DNA of 64,000 bases from Actinomycetota bacterium (lineage in GTDB: Bacteria; Actinomycetota; AC-67), in NCBI GenBank assembly GCA_040905475.1, contig JBBDRM010000155.1:2122-66121 (forward strand), in the 5' to 3' direction. Shown here piece after piece: positions 49,393 through 59,700 of this stretch (position 1 is its first letter; every line of letters begins with the position of its first letter). The position numbers and the translations under genes are program-made. The notes beneath the pieces were generated by a model. It worked only from the letters and a program-made list of their open reading frames with translations, was not told the DNA's origin and did not search any database.

Positions 49393-50535
49393 GTGGATCC
49401 TGTGCGCGTGATCGACCGCCCCGGTCTAGACGCGTTGATCGCCGCGCTCCGGGACCGCGGGTACACGGTGGTCGGGCCCACCCTCCGCGAAGAGGCGATC
49501 GTCTACGACGAGGTCCGCTCGATCGCCGACCTTCCCGCCGGCTGGACCGACGAGCAGGAAGCCGGGACCTACCGGCTCCGTCGCCGCGACGACGACGCGC
49601 TGTTCGGCTACGCCGTCGGGCCGCACTCGTGGAAGAAGTTCCTGTTCCCGCCGAGCACCTTGCTGATGCGCGCGCGGCGCGACGGAGATGGTTTCGTCGT
49701 CGAAGAGAACGCGCGGGAGGATCCGGCGTTCGCATTCCTCGGGGTGCGGGGATGCGATCTCGCTGCGATCCGCGTGCAAGACCGGGTCTTCATGGGGCCG
49801 TACCGCGACCCCACCTACTCCGTCAGGCGGGAGCAGGCCTTCATCGTGGCGCTCAACTGCGGTACGTCGAGCGGGACCTGCTTCTGCGTGTCGATGGGGA
49901 CGGGCCCGAAGGCCGGACCAGGCTACGACCTCGGGCTGACCGAGCTGCTCGACGGAGGTGAGCATCGGTTCCTCGTCGAGGTGGGAACCGATCGGGGCGC
50001 CGAGCTGATCGATGAGATCGCGAACCGGCCGGCGCTGGAGTCGGACGAGAGTGAAGGAGCGGCGGTCGTCGAACGCACCGCCGCATCGATGGGCCGTGAG
50101 ATGCGCACCGACGACATCAAGGAGCTGCTCTACGGAAACTACGACCATCCGCGGTGGGACGACGTCGCGTCCCGGTGCCTCGCGTGCACGAACTGCACGC
50201 TGGTGTGTCCGACCTGCTTCTGCAGCTCGGTCGAGGACACCACCGACCTCACCGGCGACCACGCCGAGCGGTGGCGATCGTGGGATTCGTGCTTCACGAT
50301 GGACTTCTCGGAGCTCGGCGGCTCGGCGGTGCGCGGCTCGACCCGCTCGCGGTACCGGCAATGGATGACGCACAAGCTCGCGACGTGGATCGACCAGTTC
50401 GGGACGTCGGGGTGCGTTGGCTGCGGCCGCTGCATCACCTGGTGTCCCGTAGGGATCGACATCACCGAGGAAGTGCGCGCGATCCGCGAGCACCCTGCCT
50501 CACCCGGGGAGGTGGCGACCGATGACGACCCGTGA
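49393..50535 (+). CDS. hyhB: [NiFe]-hydrogenase Fe-S beta subunit (sulfhydrogenase HydB / AsrA-like)
   Basis: Cys clusters [40 protein letters not shown]; first gene of the hydrogenase operon. Confidence 0.8.
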   Translation: MDPVRVIDRPGLDALIAALRDRGYTVVGPTLREEAIVYDEVRSIADLPAGWTDEQEAGTYRLRRRDDDALFGYAVGPHSWKKFLFPPSTLLMRARRDGDGFVVEENAREDPAFAFLGVRGCDLAAIRVQDRVFMGPYRDPTYSVRREQAFIVALNCGTSSGTCFCVSMGTGPKAGPGYDLGLTELLDGGEHRFLVEVGTDRGAELIDEIANRPALESDESEGAAVVERTAASMGREMRTDDIKELLYGNYDHPRWDDVASRCLACTNCTLVCPTCFCSSVEDTTDLTGDHAERWRSWDSCFTMDFSELGGSAVRGSTRSRYRQWMTHKLATWIDQFGTSGCVGCGRCITWCPVGIDITEEVRAIREHPASPGEVATDDDP

Positions 50536-50960
50536 GATCCACGATCTGCTGAAGGATCACCCGTTCTTCGAAGGCCTCGATCGGGAAGCGATCGAGTTCA
50601 TCGCCGGCTGCGGCTCGAACGTGCACTTCGCCGAGGGGCGCTATATAGCGCGCGAGGGCGATCCCGCGGGTCTCTTCTACGTCGTCCGATCAGGACTCGT
50701 CGCGCTCGAGATCTCCTCGCCCGACCGCGGCCCGCTCGTCGTCGATACCGTCGGCGAAGCGGAGATCCTGGGTGTTTCCTGGCTTTTCCCACCGTACCGC
50801 TGGCAGTTCGACGCGCGTGCGGTGGAGCCGGGCCAAGTGCGACGAAGATCCTCGCCTCGGATACCAGCTCACGCAGAAGCTCGCGCACGTGATGAGCGCC
50901 CGGATGCAGTCCGCTCGTGTCCGGCTACTCGATCTATACGGACATGCTCGATCGAGCTGA
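50522..50960 (+). pseudogene. stand-alone cyclic-nucleotide-binding domain protein embedded in the hydrogenase operon, apparent frame disruption near 50832
   Basis: Clear cNMP-binding beta-roll ([15 protein letters not shown]...YIAREGDPAGLFYVVRSGLVALEI...) in frame 1 to AVEP at 50821-50832; the C-terminal helices (RAKCDEDPRLGYQLTQKLAHVMSARMQSARVRLLDLYG) are in the +1 frame with about 10 residues missing; frame 1 continues as an Arg-rich run over hyhG. Confidence 0.55.
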
Positions 50961-50976
50961 GATCGCCCCGGCGCCG

Positions 50977-51783
50977 ATGCTGCCCCGGCGCTTCCGGGTC
51001 GCGGCGAAGCGCCGGCAGACTGCGGACACCGTGACGCTCGGCCTCGAGCCGATCGACGGAGAGCCGTTACGTTTCCGACCCGGACAGTTCGACATGCTCT
51101 ACGCGTTCGGTGTCGGCGAAGCCCCCATCTCCTTCAGCGGAGCGCGTGGCGCACGCGTCGAGCACACGATCCGAGCGGTCGGTGCCGTGACGCGCGCGCT
51201 GTGTGCCGCGCGACGAGGCGCCGTCCTCGGACTTCGCGGCCCGTTCGGGACCGGCTGGGACCTCGAGTCGGCCGAGGGCGCCGACCTGGTCATCGCCGGC
51301 GGCGGCATCGGCCTCGCGCCGCTCAAGCCGGTCGTCGAGGCGATCATCGCGCGCCGCAAGCGATACGGCCGCGTCGCCGTCCTGGTGGGCGCCCGCTCGC
51401 CGGACCTGCTCCTGTTCCGGCGAGAGCTGGAACGGTGGCGTGGACGCTTCGACATGGACGTCGCGATCTCCGTCGACGGCGCGACGCCGGACTGGCGCGG
51501 TAACGTCGGACTCATCACGGATCTGATCCCGCGAGCGCGGTTCGACCCGGGCTCCGCCGTCGCGATGCTCTGCGGTCCCGAGGTGATGATGCGTTTCGTC
51601 GCCGCGGCGCTCGGTGATCGCGGTCTGAACCCGTCGTCGATCCACGTATCGATGGAACGCAACATGCGGTGCGCGATCGGACACTGCGGGCACTGTCAGT
51701 TCGGACCGACGTTCGTCTGCAAGGAAGGACCCGTGTACCCATACGAGATCGTGGCGAGACTGATGGCCATCCGGGAGATCTGA
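50977..51783 (+). CDS. hyhG: [NiFe]-hydrogenase FAD/NAD(P)-binding gamma subunit (HydG / AsrB-like)
   Basis: FNR-like fold ([18 protein letters not shown]) and C-terminal 2Fe-2S Cys motif [17 protein letters not shown]; start chosen at the Met after the upstream stop. Confidence 0.8.
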   Translation: MLPRRFRVAAKRRQTADTVTLGLEPIDGEPLRFRPGQFDMLYAFGVGEAPISFSGARGARVEHTIRAVGAVTRALCAARRGAVLGLRGPFGTGWDLESAEGADLVIAGGGIGLAPLKPVVEAIIARRKRYGRVAVLVGARSPDLLLFRRELERWRGRFDMDVAISVDGATPDWRGNVGLITDLIPRARFDPGSAVAMLCGPEVMMRFVAAALGDRGLNPSSIHVSMERNMRCAIGHCGHCQFGPTFVCKEGPVYPYEIVARLMAIREI

Positions 51784-52562
51784 TGCCCAAGGCCCCGAAG
51801 CTTGCCGTCTGGAAGTTCGCCTCGTGCGACGGCTGCCAGCTGACCGTACTCAACCTCGAGGACGACCTCCTCGCACTCGCCGGCACGGTGCAGATAGCGC
51901 ATTTTCTGGAGGCGTCGAGCGCGGCCGTGCGCGGACCATACGACGTGTCCTTGGTGGAAGGCTCGATCACGACCCCGCACGACGCGGAGCGGATCAAGGA
52001 GGTCCGGAAGGCGTCGCGCATGCTCATCACGATCGGCGCCTGCGCGACCTCCGGCGGGATCCAAGCCCTGCGCAACTTCCGCGACGTCGAGGAGTTCACC
52101 CGCATCGTGTACGCGAAGCCGGAGTACATCGACACGCTCGAACACTCGACGGCGATCGCCGACAACGTCAAGGTCGATTTCGAGCTGCGCGGCTGCCCGA
52201 TCGACAAAGGGCAGCTCGTCGAGGTGATCACCGCCTATCTCGCCGGCCGTAAGCCCACCGTGAGACCGCACAGCGTGTGCGTCGAATGCAAGCGCCGGGG
52301 CACCGTGTGCGTGATGGTCGCGCGCGGAGAGCCGTGCCTCGGTCCGGTGACGCAGGCCGGTTGCGGCGCCCTGTGTCCTTCGTACGCGCGCGGGTGTTAC
52401 GGCTGCTTCGGGCCGATGGAGTCGCCGAACACCGCTTCGCTCTCGGGCCGGCTCATCCAGCTCGGGGTCACGCGGAAGAACATCGCTCGTGTCTTCCGAA
52501 CCTTCAACGCCGACGCGGCGGCGTTCCGGGAGGAGAGCGACGCGAATGACGCACGCGCGTAA
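51783..52562 (+). CDS. hyhS: [NiFe]-hydrogenase small subunit (group 3 type)
   Basis: N-terminal Cys motif KFASCDGCQ, medial GACATSGG, C-terminal Cys cluster typical of soluble-hydrogenase small subunits; TGATG junction with hyhG. Confidence 0.85.
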   Translation: MPKAPKLAVWKFASCDGCQLTVLNLEDDLLALAGTVQIAHFLEASSAAVRGPYDVSLVEGSITTPHDAERIKEVRKASRMLITIGACATSGGIQALRNFRDVEEFTRIVYAKPEYIDTLEHSTAIADNVKVDFELRGCPIDKGQLVEVITAYLAGRKPTVRPHSVCVECKRRGTVCVMVARGEPCLGPVTQAGCGALCPSYARGCYGCFGPMESPNTASLSGRLIQLGVTRKNIARVFRTFNADAAAFREESDANDARA

Positions 52563-53844
52563 CCACACCCTGCGCGTCGGCGCGCTCGCCCGCGTCGAGG
52601 GCGAAGGAGCGATGCTGGTCCGCGCCCGGGGCGGCCGCGTCGAACGCGTCGAGCTGCAGATCTACGAGCCGCCCCGATTCTTCGAAGCATTCCTCCGCGG
52701 CAGAGGGTTCACCGAGGCGCCGGACATCACGGCGCGCATCTGCGGGATCTGCCCGGTCGCATACCAGATGAGCGCCTGCAACGCGATGGAGGACGCGTGC
52801 GGCGTCGCGGTGAGCCCCCAGATCCGCGACCTGAGACGCCTGCTCTATTGCGGCGAATGGATCGAGAGTCACGCGCTCCATATCTTCTTGCTGCACGCGC
52901 CCGACTTCCTCGGATATCCGAGCGCCATCGCGATGGCGGCCGATCACCGCGACCTGATCGAGATGGGTCTTCGGATCAAGAAGGCCGGGAACGAGATCCT
53001 CCGAACCGTCGGCGGCCGGTCGATCCACCCGATCAACGTCCGCGTGGGCGGCTTCTACCGAGCGCCCACCCGCCACGAGATCGGCCTTCTCGCCGAACCC
53101 CTGCGCCGCGCCCGCGACGAGGCGCTGACGACGGTGCGCTGGACGGCCGGCCTCGAGTTCCCGGATTTCGAGCAGGACTACCTGTTCGTCGGGCTCCGCC
53201 ACCCCACCGAGTACGCGGTCGTCGACGGCCGTTTGGCGATCGGCGACGACCTCGAGGTCGATGTATCCGCCTTCGACGAGCACATCGTCGAGGAGCAGGT
53301 GCAGCACTCCAACGCCTTGCACGCTCGTCTGCGCGATGGCCGGCGCTTCATGGTCGGCCCCCTCGCCCGGTACGCGCTCAGCCGCGACAAGCTCGCTCCG
53401 ATCGCACGCGAGGCGGCTTCGGAGGCCGGCCTCGGACGCGTCTGCCGCAACCCGTTCCGGAGCATCGTGGTGCGGGCGGTCGAACTCCTGCACGCATGCG
53501 ACGAGGCGACGCGGCTCATCGAGGGGTACGAGGAGCCGGAACGTCCGGCCGTCGAGGTGCCACCGCGGACCGGGACCGGCCACGGCGCGACCGAAGCGCC
53601 CCGGGGCACGCTCTACCATCGCTACGCGATCGCCGCCGACGGCGAGATCACGGAAGCACGGATCGTGCCCCCGACCTCGCAGAACCAATCGCAGATCGAA
53701 GACGACCTCCGCGCGTTCGTGGAGCCGCGATTGGACCTGTCGCACGACGAGCTGACCCACAGCTGCGAGCAGGCGATCCGGAACTACGACCCGTGCATCT
53801 CCTGCGCGACCCATTTCCTCGATCTGCGAGTGGAAAATCTATGA
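52546..53844 (+). CDS. hyhL: [NiFe]-hydrogenase large subunit (group 3b-like)
   Basis: N-terminal [10 protein letters not shown] and C-terminal DPCISCATH nickel-binding motifs with a short C-terminal extension (FLDLRVENL) for protease cleavage. Confidence 0.9.
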   Translation: MTHARNHTLRVGALARVEGEGAMLVRARGGRVERVELQIYEPPRFFEAFLRGRGFTEAPDITARICGICPVAYQMSACNAMEDACGVAVSPQIRDLRRLLYCGEWIESHALHIFLLHAPDFLGYPSAIAMAADHRDLIEMGLRIKKAGNEILRTVGGRSIHPINVRVGGFYRAPTRHEIGLLAEPLRRARDEALTTVRWTAGLEFPDFEQDYLFVGLRHPTEYAVVDGRLAIGDDLEVDVSAFDEHIVEEQVQHSNALHARLRDGRRFMVGPLARYALSRDKLAPIAREAASEAGLGRVCRNPFRSIVVRAVELLHACDEATRLIEGYEEPERPAVEVPPRTGTGHGATEAPRGTLYHRYAIAADGEITEARIVPPTSQNQSQIEDDLRAFVEPRLDLSHDELTHSCEQAIRNYDPCISCATHFLDLRVENL

Positions 53845-54338
53845 GCCACGACGGAGAAGCCGCCGACATCGGCCGGGTCGTAGTGATCGGCGTCGGGAAC
53901 CCATTCCGCGGCGACGACGGCGCCGGCATCGAAGCGGCGCGCCTCCTACGCGGCCGCCTTCCGAACGGCGTCGAGGTCATGGAACAGGACGGCGAGCCTG
54001 CCGGCTTGCTCGATGCGTGGCACGACGTGCGGATCGCGTACGTCATCGACGCCGTTCGCGCAGACGGTCTCGTTGGTGAGATCTATCGGGTCCAGATCGA
54101 CCGGACCGCCGGTACGACCTTGCCGGCGTCGCCCCGCCGCGACTCGTCCCACGCGCTCGGGCTCGGGGACGCGGTGGAGCTGGCCCGCATCCTCGACCGG
54201 TTGCCCGGCCGGCTCGTGCTCCTCGGGATCGCAGGGGCCCATTTCGAGGCGGGCGACGCGCTGAGCACCCGCGTTCACGCAGCGGTCGAGCAGCTCGTCG
54301 AGACGCTCGTCGAGGAGGTATCCGCTGCATGTGCATGA
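53841..54338 (+). CDS. hydrogenase maturation endopeptidase (HycI/HoxW family)
   Basis: [25 protein letters not shown]-terminus diagnostic of hydrogenase maturation proteases; ATGA overlap with the large-subunit gene. Confidence 0.8.
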   Translation: MSHDGEAADIGRVVVIGVGNPFRGDDGAGIEAARLLRGRLPNGVEVMEQDGEPAGLLDAWHDVRIAYVIDAVRADGLVGEIYRVQIDRTAGTTLPASPRRDSSHALGLGDAVELARILDRLPGRLVLLGIAGAHFEAGDALSTRVHAAVEQLVETLVEEVSAACA

Positions 54339-54574
54339 GTGATCCCGCCCTCGTACTCGAGATCGATGCGGCCGGAGAAGAAGCGCTCGTCGAGATGCGG
54401 GGGCAGCAGCGGCGCTTGTCGGTGGCCCTTCTCACGCTGGAAGGCACGCCGGTCGCTCCCGGCGACTGGGTCCTCGCGAGCGCCGGGATGGCCGTCGAAC
54501 GCATGGACGAGAGTGATGCAAAGGAACTGGCGGCTCTCATAGCGCAAGCCCGTGACCAGGAGGACCGGCCATGA
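54329..54574 (+). CDS. hypC: HypC/HupF-family hydrogenase assembly chaperone
   Basis: About 80 aa, begins MC...; OB-fold-like composition; position right after the maturation protease. Confidence 0.65.
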   Translation: MCMSDPALVLEIDAAGEEALVEMRGQQRRLSVALLTLEGTPVAPGDWVLASAGMAVERMDESDAKELAALIAQARDQEDRP

Positions 54575-55515
54575 ATGGACTGGAGCGGATCCCGCGTACG
54601 CGGGGCTGGGGTCTCGCGCTCGCGTTCGTCGCGGCATGCATCAGCGGGGTCGCCGTGTTCGTGAACAGCGAGTACGTCGGCAAGGTCCGCGATGCCACGG
54701 TGTACACGACGGCGAAGAACATGGTAGCCGCATCGGTCTTGCTTGCCCTGCTGGCCGCCGGAAGACGCCGACGGTCGGCGCCACGACACCGCGAAGCGCG
54801 ACCAGGGTTCGCGGCATGGGCCGGCCTCCTGACGCTGGGCGTCGTCGGAGGGAGCGTGTCGTTCGTGCTGTTCTTCGAGGGGCTCGCCCGGGCCGACTCG
54901 CCGCTCCGCGCGGGCTTCATCCACAAGACGCTCGTCGTATGGGTTGCGCTGCTGGCCGTGCCGCTCCTCCGCGAGCGCATCACGGCGCTCCACGCCGGCG
55001 CCATCGGACTGCTGATCGCCGGACAGATCGCGCTGGTCGACGGGCTGGGATCGCTGCGCCTCCACGAAGGCGAAGCGATGGTCCTCGCGGCGACGCTGTT
55101 GTGGTCGGTTGAGTTCGTGGTCGCGAAACGGCTCCTGGCCGACGTCGGATCCTCGGCGGCCGCGGCGGCCCGGCTCGGCATCGGCGTGGCCATCCTGATC
55201 GGCTACGTGACGGTGAGCTCCCGCTTCGACGACCTGGCCGGCATGAGCGCCCAGGAATGGAAGTGGGTCCTCGTCACCGGCGCGATCCTGGCCGGCTTCG
55301 TCGCCACTTGGTTCGCCGGGCTCGCTCGTGCGCAGGCCATCGACGTAACGGCGGTGCTGGTGTTCGGCCAGATCGTTACTTCGGCGCTCACCTCGATCGT
55401 GAAAGGAGATCCGATCGGCCCGAACCTGAACGGCCTGGTCTTGATCGGGATCGGCGTCGTTGCGGTCGTCATGGGATCGCTTCGGACGCGCGGGACGGTG
55501 ACGGCCTCGCCGTGA
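54571..55515 (+). CDS. DMT-superfamily (EamA-like) transporter
   Basis: 314 aa, about 10 TM helices in two EamA-like halves; overlaps flanking genes by 4 nt. Confidence 0.75.
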   Translation: MNGLERIPRTRGWGLALAFVAACISGVAVFVNSEYVGKVRDATVYTTAKNMVAASVLLALLAAGRRRRSAPRHREARPGFAAWAGLLTLGVVGGSVSFVLFFEGLARADSPLRAGFIHKTLVVWVALLAVPLLRERITALHAGAIGLLIAGQIALVDGLGSLRLHEGEAMVLAATLLWSVEFVVAKRLLADVGSSAAAAARLGIGVAILIGYVTVSSRFDDLAGMSAQEWKWVLVTGAILAGFVATWFAGLARAQAIDVTAVLVFGQIVTSALTSIVKGDPIGPNLNGLVLIGIGVVAVVMGSLRTRGTVTASP

Positions 55516-56276
55516 CCGCCGGCGCGATCCGGTTCTGCCGCTACGCATACGCGCCGAACGCGCTCGGTTACTGCGGTCCGGAAGACGCTCGTGCCGTGCT
55601 CGAACACGGCGCGGCCGGAAGGGCGGCGGGACCAGATCTGGTGCGGCTCGCGCGTGGCTTCGAGGGCGCGTGGCCGTACCTGAGTCTGATCGCGACGGCC
55701 AACGGGATCGCCGATCCGCTCGACGACCGCGTCGTCGAAGCCTATTGGGTTGGGAACCGTCTGCTCCGAAGGGTCGAGACCGTCGACCTCGGACGGTTCG
55801 TCGAGGAGCTTTTCAAGCCGCGTATGGGCCGGCGGTGGGCGGCGCTATCGGACACGCCGATGAACGGGAGCGTCCCGCACCACAACTTCCACGTCTTCGT
55901 GGTGTATCCGTGGGTGGGCATGCTGCGACTCGGCCGCTCCGTTGAGCCGCTCCGTGTGCTCGATCGCTGCCGGATCAGGTGGGGCACCGTCGAGCAGATC
56001 GAGGATGCAGCCGTATTCGTCCGGTCGCGTCCACTCCTGTTCGACGGCGTGGCCCTCGCGCTCGGCGGGCCCAGGATCGAACGGGCGGTGGGCTCGATCG
56101 ACGGGATGGGTTTCGTTACGGATCTGCGACCGGGCGATCGCGTATCGATGCACTGGGACTGGGTGTGCGAGCGCCTCAGCGCTCACGCTCTGAGCACGTT
56201 GAAGCGCAACACGGATCGAGCGCTCGACGCGGCGAACAACGTGCTCCGTCACCCGGCAGGTTCCGTGCTCGCCTGA
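55512..56276 (+). CDS. conserved hypothetical protein
   Basis: 254 aa, GTGA coupling to the EamA-like gene; no confident family assignment. Confidence 0.5.
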   Translation: MTAGAIRFCRYAYAPNALGYCGPEDARAVLEHGAAGRAAGPDLVRLARGFEGAWPYLSLIATANGIADPLDDRVVEAYWVGNRLLRRVETVDLGRFVEELFKPRMGRRWAALSDTPMNGSVPHHNFHVFVVYPWVGMLRLGRSVEPLRVLDRCRIRWGTVEQIEDAAVFVRSRPLLFDGVALALGGPRIERAVGSIDGMGFVTDLRPGDRVSMHWDWVCERLSAHALSTLKRNTDRALDAANNVLRHPAGSVLA

Positions 56277-56995
56277 GCCCCCAGCATCTCGAGGGCGCGT
56301 TCCAACCCCGCGCCGCCCAGTTCGGCTTCCAGTCGGCCGGCCACGCGACCCGTCTCATCGAGGAACACCCAGAACGGAGTGCCGTGCAGGCCGAAGGCCC
56401 GGCCGACGCTCGAGTCCTTGTCGTCGACGAGCGTGGGGACCGGCCACCCCTCCTCTCGGAGCCACCTACCCGGCGGGAAGTTGGGTTTACTCGCATCCGC
56501 CCAGGTAGACACGGCGTACACGTCGACTCCCTCCACCATCCCGTGATCCTTCCACCACGAGACGAGTGCGGGAACGTCGTTACGGCAGTGCGGACACCAA
56601 TGCGCAAGGAACACCACGACCTGTGGTCGCCCGGTCGGAGCAATGACCACCTCACCGCCGCCGAAGTCCGTGCCCCGAACGACGGGCGCCTTCATCCCGA
56701 TCGCAGGATCCCCCGCCGCACGAGCGAAGGACGGAAGTGATCCACCGTCGATCTCGACCGCCGCCCACGACGGAGGGGCATCGCCGCCGCCCCCGCCGAG
56801 CGAAAGGATCGCGGCCACCATCCCGAGCGCGACGACCGTCGCGCCGACCGCGACCATCGGGGATAGCTTGCGTCTCCGACGGCGCGGGGTCCGTTTCGCC
56901 GTGTGGACGGGGCGAGCGCCGCTCGCCGGACGCCGACCCTGTCGCACCCGGGCCTTGCCGTGACGCTTGTTCTTGGTCTTCGTTGCCTGACTCAT
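56249..56995 (-). CDS. TlpA/ResA-like membrane-anchored thiol:disulfide oxidoreductase (thioredoxin fold)
   Basis: Basic N-terminus, one TM, WCPHC active site; 4-nt overlap with the upstream DsbB-like gene. Confidence 0.8.
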   Translation of the reverse strand: MSQATKTKNKRHGKARVRQGRRPASGARPVHTAKRTPRRRRRKLSPMVAVGATVVALGMVAAILSLGGGGGDAPPSWAAVEIDGGSLPSFARAAGDPAIGMKAPVVRGTDFGGGEVVIAPTGRPQVVVFLAHWCPHCRNDVPALVSWWKDHGMVEGVDVYAVSTWADASKPNFPPGRWLREEGWPVPTLVDDKDSSVGRAFGLHGTPFWVFLDETGRVAGRLEAELGGAGLERALEMLGAQASTEPAG

Positions 56996-57597
56996 GCCCG
57001 CACCGTTTCCTTTCGACGAGCTTCCTGTTCGGCGTCCCCCGGCAAGACGGGGATGTCGTTCGGAGGGCGTGCGATCACGAGGAGCGTCGCGATCAACGCG
57101 GATGCCGAGAGCGCCATGAACGGGATAGAGATGTAGTGGAACTGCCACACCCACGTGATCGTGCACGGCGCCTCTGCGGCGCACGAGAGCCTTCCCTGTC
57201 CGGGGAATCGTTGCAGCTGATAGTGGTAGGCCGAGATCGCCGCGGTCGCAAGCGTCAGCGGCACCGCGTAGCGTCGGATGCCGGTGTCCCGTTTCAGTGC
57301 GGCGATGCCGAGGATGAGCACGAGCGGATAGATGCCGATCCGCTGATACCAGCACAGCCGGCACGGGACGTACCCGGCGACCTCGGAATAGAAGAGGCTT
57401 CCCGCGGTCGCGGTGACCGCGACGAGCCACGCGAACGGCAGAGCAGCGGGCGCGATCCAAGCGCGCGTTTTCCGGGCGACCTCCGCGGCGGCGCCCGACC
57501 ATCGGCCCGCCAAAGCAAGGACGACGGCGCCCACGACGAACAGATCGGCCGCCACGGTCAGCATCGCGAAGAAGAGCGAGAAGGGGCGGACGTCCAT
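56992..57597 (-). CDS. disulfide bond formation protein B (DsbB/BdbC family)
   Basis: Four TM helices; first periplasmic-loop Cys pair CRLC followed by WYQR; second Cys pair in loop 2. Confidence 0.75.
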   Translation of the reverse strand: MDVRPFSLFFAMLTVAADLFVVGAVVLALAGRWSGAAAEVARKTRAWIAPAALPFAWLVAVTATAGSLFYSEVAGYVPCRLCWYQRIGIYPLVLILGIAALKRDTGIRRYAVPLTLATAAISAYHYQLQRFPGQGRLSCAAEAPCTITWVWQFHYISIPFMALSASALIATLLVIARPPNDIPVLPGDAEQEARRKETVRA

Positions 57598-57601
57598 AGG
57601 T

Positions 57602-58048
57602 CTACCGCTTCTCGGCGGGGACGACGACGACCGGCTGACGGGCGTGATGGGTCAGCTGCTGGCTCACGCTCCCGAGCAACAGACCCTTGAAGCCGCCACG
57701 ACCCCGGCAGGCCACCACGATCAACTTGGCGCGTTCGCGATCCGCCGTCGCCATGATCACGTCGGCCGGACTTCCTCGCTCGACGAACGAGCGGTAAGGG
57801 ATCTCCCACTTTCGGAGCAGCGCACACCACTGATCATCGAGGATCACTCGCAACTCCTCGATCAGCGCTCGATCGTCCACGACCACAGGCAGAGCGGGGG
57901 GTGTGTTGATGATCAAGGGCACAGCGTGCACGGCGACGATGTCGGCATCGAGGTCACGAGCGAGCGTCGCCGCCCACTCGAGAGCACGCTCGCCGTCTTC
58001 GGATCCATCCAGTCCGACCACGATCCGGCTCACTCGCATCGCATCCAT
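57602..58048 (-). CDS. universal stress protein (UspA family), paralog of 40305-40751
   Basis: IVVGLDGSEDG... and LIVVACRGRGGFKGLLLGSVSQQLTHHARQPVVVVP. Confidence 0.85.
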   Translation of the reverse strand: MDAMRVSRIVVGLDGSEDGERALEWAATLARDLDADIVAVHAVPLIINTPPALPVVVDDRALIEELRVILDDQWCALLRKWEIPYRSFVERGSPADVIMATADRERAKLIVVACRGRGGFKGLLLGSVSQQLTHHARQPVVVVPAEKR

Positions 58049-58073
58049 CTCCTCTCGTCTTTCCGGCGTCTCC

Positions 58074-58763
58074 TCAAACGCCCGCGTGCCGCCGTTGAAC
58101 CATGGGATCCTTCTCCCGATACTCCAGGTCCGTCACCACGTCCACAACGCCCTCGACGCCGCGGACGATCGCCGGCGCCACTTCCACGTCGCTTTCCCGG
58201 AACACCGTCCCATGCAGGGTGACTATCCCGTTCTTCGCGAGTACCGTCACGTCGTTTTCGGGCGGCAGGAAGAAGGTCCGGTCGAGGATCTTGCGAACCG
58301 CTTCCTGCAGCGCGGAGTCGCTGCGATGGTAGATCCAGAGCAAGTCGTGTCGGGACACGATCCCCACGAGCATGCCCTTCTCATCCACGACGGGAAGCCT
58401 CTTGACGCCGTGCTCGAGCATCGAGCGAGCGGCGAACCGAACGTGGTCCTGCGGTTCCACGGTCTTCACGCCGGTCGTCATCACCTGGCCGACCGTCGTA
58501 CCTTCCGCCTTGCGCCTCCAGCCCGCGACGGGATCGAGAAGCGCGGTCGCAAGCGCCCTGAGCAGCCGGTTTCCTGAGGTCCGCGGGTACGCCTCTTTGC
58601 TGATGAGGTCGGCTTCCGTGACGATCCCCACCAGTCTTCCGGTGTCGTCCACGACCGGGATCCCGCTGACGTCGGCCTCGAGCATCAGCTCGGCCGCCCT
58701 CTTGAACGGCTCGTATTCCCCGATGGTCTTCACCGACGTCGTCATGATCTCGTCGACCCTCAT
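58074..58763 (-). CDS. CBS-pair plus BON domain protein
   Basis: Two CBS motifs (IMTTSVKTIGEYEP...GIPVVDDTGRLVGIVTEADL; VMTTGVKTVEPQDH...RLPVVDEKGMLVGIVSRHDL) and a C-terminal BON-like segment. Confidence 0.8.
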   Translation of the reverse strand: MRVDEIMTTSVKTIGEYEPFKRAAELMLEADVSGIPVVDDTGRLVGIVTEADLISKEAYPRTSGNRLLRALATALLDPVAGWRRKAEGTTVGQVMTTGVKTVEPQDHVRFAARSMLEHGVKRLPVVDEKGMLVGIVSRHDLLWIYHRSDSALQEAVRKILDRTFFLPPENDVTVLAKNGIVTLHGTVFRESDVEVAPAIVRGVEGVVDVVTDLEYREKDPMVQRRHAGV

Positions 58764-59260
58764 GGCTCCCTCCTCTGGCCCGAGTTGAGGACCCCATCCT
58801 CGATCGGGACATCCGCCGTGATCGCCGCCGCGATGCGTTCGATGAAGGCTTTGACACTCGCTTCGGCGACGCGGTGGAGCATCGTTCGGTCGAGCGCGCG
58901 GCCGAGGATGCCGAGCGGCGGACGGTATGTTCCGCGGAAGACCAGCTGGGTCAGCTCCGAACCCATCGCGGCGAGCATGAGGTCGCCTTCCATGCGAGGA
59001 AAGAGCACCCGCGCCCCCGTGGCTTCCCAGACGAGCGGGATCGTGACGTCGGACTCCGCACGCTTCGGGTGCCCCACATCCAGACGCACGGTCTTCGCGA
59101 GCAACCGGGGATCGACACCGGGACCGATACGTGCCCTGATCTCCTCGCCTTCCCGGTACGCGGCGCCGGCCAGCTCTCGCAAGCCGCCCAACGCTTCGGT
59201 CAGCCGCGCCTCGGCGCGGCCGTACGGTACGGCCAGGGTAACGAAGTAGTAGATGAACAT
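58760..59260 (-). CDS. hypothetical protein
   Basis: 166 aa; 4-nt overlap with the CBS-BON gene; no family recognised. Confidence 0.5.
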   Translation of the reverse strand: MFIYYFVTLAVPYGRAEARLTEALGGLRELAGAAYREGEEIRARIGPGVDPRLLAKTVRLDVGHPKRAESDVTIPLVWEATGARVLFPRMEGDLMLAAMGSELTQLVFRGTYRPPLGILGRALDRTMLHRVAEASVKAFIERIAAAITADVPIEDGVLNSGQRREP

Positions 59261-59330
59261 GGTCGCGCCCTTGGGCGATCTCACCTCCTTCGGTTTCGGC
59301 CTAAGCGTCGGCCTCATCGGGCGAACAAGA

Positions 59331-59392
59331 CAGGGCCGTCCGCCCTCGTCCGGTGGGGCCACAGGACCCCTCGTTGGACGGGCGGACGGCCC
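59331..59392. repeat. perfect 14-bp inverted repeat (AGGGCCGTCCGCCC / GGGCGGACGGCCCT) with 34-nt spacer in a divergent intergenic region
   Basis: Seen directly in sequence; arms at 59331-59344 and 59379-59392; lies between the divergent hypothetical/CBS/Usp operon and the HMA-like gene. Confidence 0.5.
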
Positions 59393-59442
59393 TGGCGGGT
59401 GCACGGACGAGGGGGCATCGTGGCACCAGAGAGGAGGCCCGA

Positions 59443-59685
59443 GATGACACAGACGCTCGATCGTCCGAAGGGCTACGAGAGTTTCGTCGTGCGCAACATC
59501 CATTGCACGAGCTGCGCCACAACCCTGCAGCGCACGGTCGCATCTCTCCCGGGAGTGCAGAAGGCGGAGGTCGACCCGGTGATCGGATGGACGCACATCG
59601 ATTTCGACCCCGGCATCGTGACCGGCGATGACCTCCTCGGCGCCGTCGAGGCAGCTGGCTACGAGATCGTCAGAACCTGGGATTG
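59443..59685 (+). CDS. heavy-metal-associated (HMA)-like small protein with HCxxC motif
   Basis: 80 aa; FVVRNIHCTSCATTLQRTVASLPGVQKAEVD...; strong RBS GAGAGGAGG; paralog of 25316-25660. Confidence 0.7.
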
Positions 59686-59700
59686 ACCCTAAGAGAGGGA

